A DNA stretch of 64,000 nucleotides from contig JBCCGE010000002.1 in assembly GCA_039029455.1 (NCBI GenBank), positions 38,066 to 102,065 on the forward strand, given 5' to 3'. The DNA comes from Pseudomonadota bacterium (lineage in GTDB: Bacteria > Pseudomonadota > Gammaproteobacteria > Arenicellales > Poriferihabitantaceae). This document shows positions 61,568 to 64,000 of the stretch, one piece after another (within the stretch, counting starts at the first letter, position 1; each line of letters starts with the position of its first letter). A program made the position numbers and the translations under genes. Below the pieces are notes generated by a model. That model had not been told where the DNA came from and made no database searches. It was given only the letters and a program-made list of their open reading frames with translations.

Positions 61568-62008
61568 ATGGGTTTATTCGATTTTGCAGCCGATATTGGC
61601 AAAAAATTATTCGGATCGGATGACGACGATGCGGGTGAAAAGATTCGGGAACACATCGAGGAAGATAACCCGGGTGTTGAGGGTCTGAAAGTCGAGGTTG
61701 TAGATGGAGTGGCCAAAGTTTCCGGTGAAGCTGATGATCAGTCAGCCTATGAAAAGGCGATTCTAATGGCTGGAAATGTAATGGGCGTCACGGAAGTTGA
61801 GGCTTCCGAGCTCAAGGCGCCCGAGCCGGAAGCGAAAGTGGAGTATTACGAAATTGTCAAAGGCGACACGTTATGGGCTATATCGTCCAAGTTTCTTGGT
61901 AAGGGTAATCGCTACATGGAAATATTCGAAGCCAACAAGGAAGTCATAAAAGACCCGGACAAAATTTATGTGGGTCAAAAAATTCGTATACCTCTGGATT
62001 CCGAGTAG
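61568..62008 (+). CDS. kbp: BON-LysM protein (Kbp/YgaU)
   Basis: MGLFDFAADIGKKLF, AGNV.GV, KGDTLWAI, IFEANK..IKDPDKIY.GQ; RBS GAGGA. Confidence 0.88.
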   Translation: MGLFDFAADIGKKLFGSDDDDAGEKIREHIEEDNPGVEGLKVEVVDGVAKVSGEADDQSAYEKAILMAGNVMGVTEVEASELKAPEPEAKVEYYEIVKGDTLWAISSKFLGKGNRYMEIFEANKEVIKDPDKIYVGQKIRIPLDSE

Positions 62009-62052
62009 TCACCAGGTATCCGTTTCCAAAAATAACCAGCGAGAACGAACCA

Positions 62053-63168
62053 ATGGAATCAAGAGCAGCCGTGGCTTACCAGGCCGGTAAACCGCTTGAG
62101 ATCGAAACCGTAAATCTGGACGGACCACGTGAAGGCGAAGTCCTTGTGGAAATCAAGGCAACGGGCATCTGCCATACCGACGAGTTTACCCGGTCCGGTG
62201 CAGATCCTGAGGGGATTTTCCCCGCCATACTTGGGCACGAAGGAGCAGGTATTGTGGTGGATGTCGGTGCCGGCGTGACGAGCCTGAAAAAAGGTGATCA
62301 TGTCATCCCTCTGTACACACCCGAGTGTCGCCAGTGTGACTACTGCACCAGCGGTAAAACCAATCTTTGTCAGGCGATCAGAACGACACAGGGGCAGGGT
62401 CTGATGCCGGACGGGACCAGTCGATTCTCAATTGGCGACGATGCTATTCATCACTACATGGGAACCTCTACATTTTCCAACTTTACGGTGTTACCGGAAA
62501 TTGCCGTCGCAAAAATTCGGGAGGATGCGCCCTTTGACAAGGTTTGCTATATCGGTTGTGGGGTCACCACCGGAATTGGCGCGGTGATCAATACGGCAAA
62601 TGTACAACCCGGAGATAATGTGGTCGTGTTCGGCCTTGGAGGCATTGGATTGAATGTTATTCAGGGCGCTCGAATTGCCGGAGCGGACAAAATTGTTGGT
62701 GTCGATATAAACCCGGCCCGTCAGCCGCTTGCTGAGAAATTCGGCATGACTCATTTTGTCAACCCCAAGGAAGTCGAGGAAGATCTGGTTGCCTATCTGG
62801 TGGATCTGACCGATGGTGGTGCCGACTACAGTTTCGAATGCGTAGGTAATACTGATCTGATGAGACAGGCGCTCGAATGCTGCCACAAAGGCTGGGGTGA
62901 AAGCGTAATTATTGGTGTTGCTGGAGCTGGACAGGAAATAAATACGCGTCCGTTTCAGCTGGTTACCGGACGTGTGTGGAGAGGTACCGCATTTGGTGGT
63001 GCCAGGGGTCGAACCGATGTACCGAAAATTGTTGATTGGTATATGGATGGAAAGATTAACATCGACGATTTGATTACCCACACGATGCCGCTGAGTGAAA
63101 TCAACAATGCGTTTGATTTGATGCATTCCGGTGAGTCAATTCGAAGCGTCGTTCTGTTCGACGCCTGA
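62053..63168 (+). CDS. frmA: S-(hydroxymethyl)glutathione dehydrogenase / class III ADH
   Basis: GICHTD, GHEGAG, CHKGWGES, TRPFQLVTGRVW. Confidence 0.96.
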   Translation: MESRAAVAYQAGKPLEIETVNLDGPREGEVLVEIKATGICHTDEFTRSGADPEGIFPAILGHEGAGIVVDVGAGVTSLKKGDHVIPLYTPECRQCDYCTSGKTNLCQAIRTTQGQGLMPDGTSRFSIGDDAIHHYMGTSTFSNFTVLPEIAVAKIREDAPFDKVCYIGCGVTTGIGAVINTANVQPGDNVVVFGLGGIGLNVIQGARIAGADKIVGVDINPARQPLAEKFGMTHFVNPKEVEEDLVAYLVDLTDGGADYSFECVGNTDLMRQALECCHKGWGESVIIGVAGAGQEINTRPFQLVTGRVWRGTAFGGARGRTDVPKIVDWYMDGKINIDDLITHTMPLSEINNAFDLMHSGESIRSVVLFDA

Positions 63169-63174
63169 CTACCG

Positions 63175-64000
63175 ATGGAAGTCGTCAGTGAACAGCGCTG
63201 CTTCGGCGGCGTTCAGGGGGTTTATAGCCATCATTCAGATGCCACTGGGACGGATATGCGGTTTTCGGTTTTCGTGCCGGGCCAGGCGACGTCCGAAAAA
63301 GTTCCGGTACTGTGGTATCTCTCCGGACTAACCTGTACTGAGGAAAACGTCACGGTAAAGGCCGGCGCGCAGCAGTTTGCGGCTGAGCATGGTTTGATTT
63401 TTGTCGCTCCTGACACCAGTCCACGTGGCACGGGAATTGAAGGCGAAGATGACTCTTACGATTTTGGCAGCGGGGCCGGTTTCTATGTTGATGCAACGAA
63501 TCCACCCTGGTCAAAAAACTACAGGATGTACTCCTACATAACCCAGGAGTTGCCGCAGCTGTTGTTCGAAAACTTTCCGGGTGAATCGTCGCAACAAGGA
63601 ATTACCGGACATTCGATGGGCGGACACGGTGCTCTTACCATAGGTCTCAAACATTCTGATATTTATCGCTCGGTGTCTGCGTTTTCGCCTATCGTTGCAC
63701 CCACTCAGTGTCCATGGGGACAGAAAGCCCTGAGTGGTTATATGGGCGAAGATCGATCCAACTGGAGCCAATACGATGCGACCGAGCTGGTATTGGGCGG
63801 CTATTCGAGCGGTGAAATACTGATCGATCAGGGAGAGGCTGATGATTTTTTGACCGATCAGTTAAAGCCTCATCTTTTTGAAGAAGCCTGTCGAAAAATG
63901 GGGCAAAAGCTGTCTATGAGAATGCAGCCTGGCTACGATCACAGCTATTTCTTTATCGCGACATTCATGGCGGACCACATTGCGTTTCACGCCGACCGAT
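63175..64000 (+). CDS. frmB: S-formylglutathione hydrolase (runs off window end)
   Basis: Translated by hand from ATG 63175: LSGLTCTEEN, APDTSPRG, GHSMGGHGAL, GYDHSYFFI; no stop before 64000. Confidence 0.93.
   Translation, partial: MEVVSEQRCFGGVQGVYSHHSDATGTDMRFSVFVPGQATSEKVPVLWYLSGLTCTEENVTVKAGAQQFAAEHGLIFVAPDTSPRGTGIEGEDDSYDFGSGAGFYVDATNPPWSKNYRMYSYITQELPQLLFENFPGESSQQGITGHSMGGHGALTIGLKHSDIYRSVSAFSPIVAPTQCPWGQKALSGYMGEDRSNWSQYDATELVLGGYSSGEILIDQGEADDFLTDQLKPHLFEEACRKMGQKLSMRMQPGYDHSYFFIATFMADHIAFHADR

Overview
Gene-dense, mostly housekeeping window from a gammaproteobacterium. Gene content suggests a non-enteric, probably marine or sulfur-oxidiser-like lineage (inference only). In order it carries: 3' part of hemE; kdsD-lptCAB-rpoN-hpf-ptsN-hprK-rapZ-HPr-ptsI-dgkA; yadGH; purMN; hda; wrbA; argF/argG; LPS-related genes; a GcvA-type LysR divergent from a small ORF plus a DUF1127 gene; secB-gpsA; trmL; hemJ; an orphan CbbO/NorD-type VWA protein; envC-ctpA; dapF-DUF484-xerC; a Na+-type membrane pyrophosphatase; an ECF42 sigma factor with two YciI genes; a PPi-type phosphofructokinase; rpmH-rnpA-yidD-yidC-mnmE; mnmG; gor; prlC; kbp; and frmA-frmB. 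I saw no rRNA, tRNA, CRISPR array, transposase or prophage. The best novelty candidate is a two-gene insertion between mnmE and mnmG. It encodes a MotA/ExbB/ZorA-like channel subunit and a MotB/ZorB-like partner with a ~310-residue proline-free coiled coil and an ExbD-like tip, and no known load or effector gene lies beside it. Secondary candidates are two independent LPS-kinase + methyltransferase pairs, an unannotated 28-aa membrane peptide in the LysR/DUF1127 module, a PPi-economy pair (hppA + pfp), and a broken origin-region gene order. All family calls come from motif recognition by eye; no searches were run.
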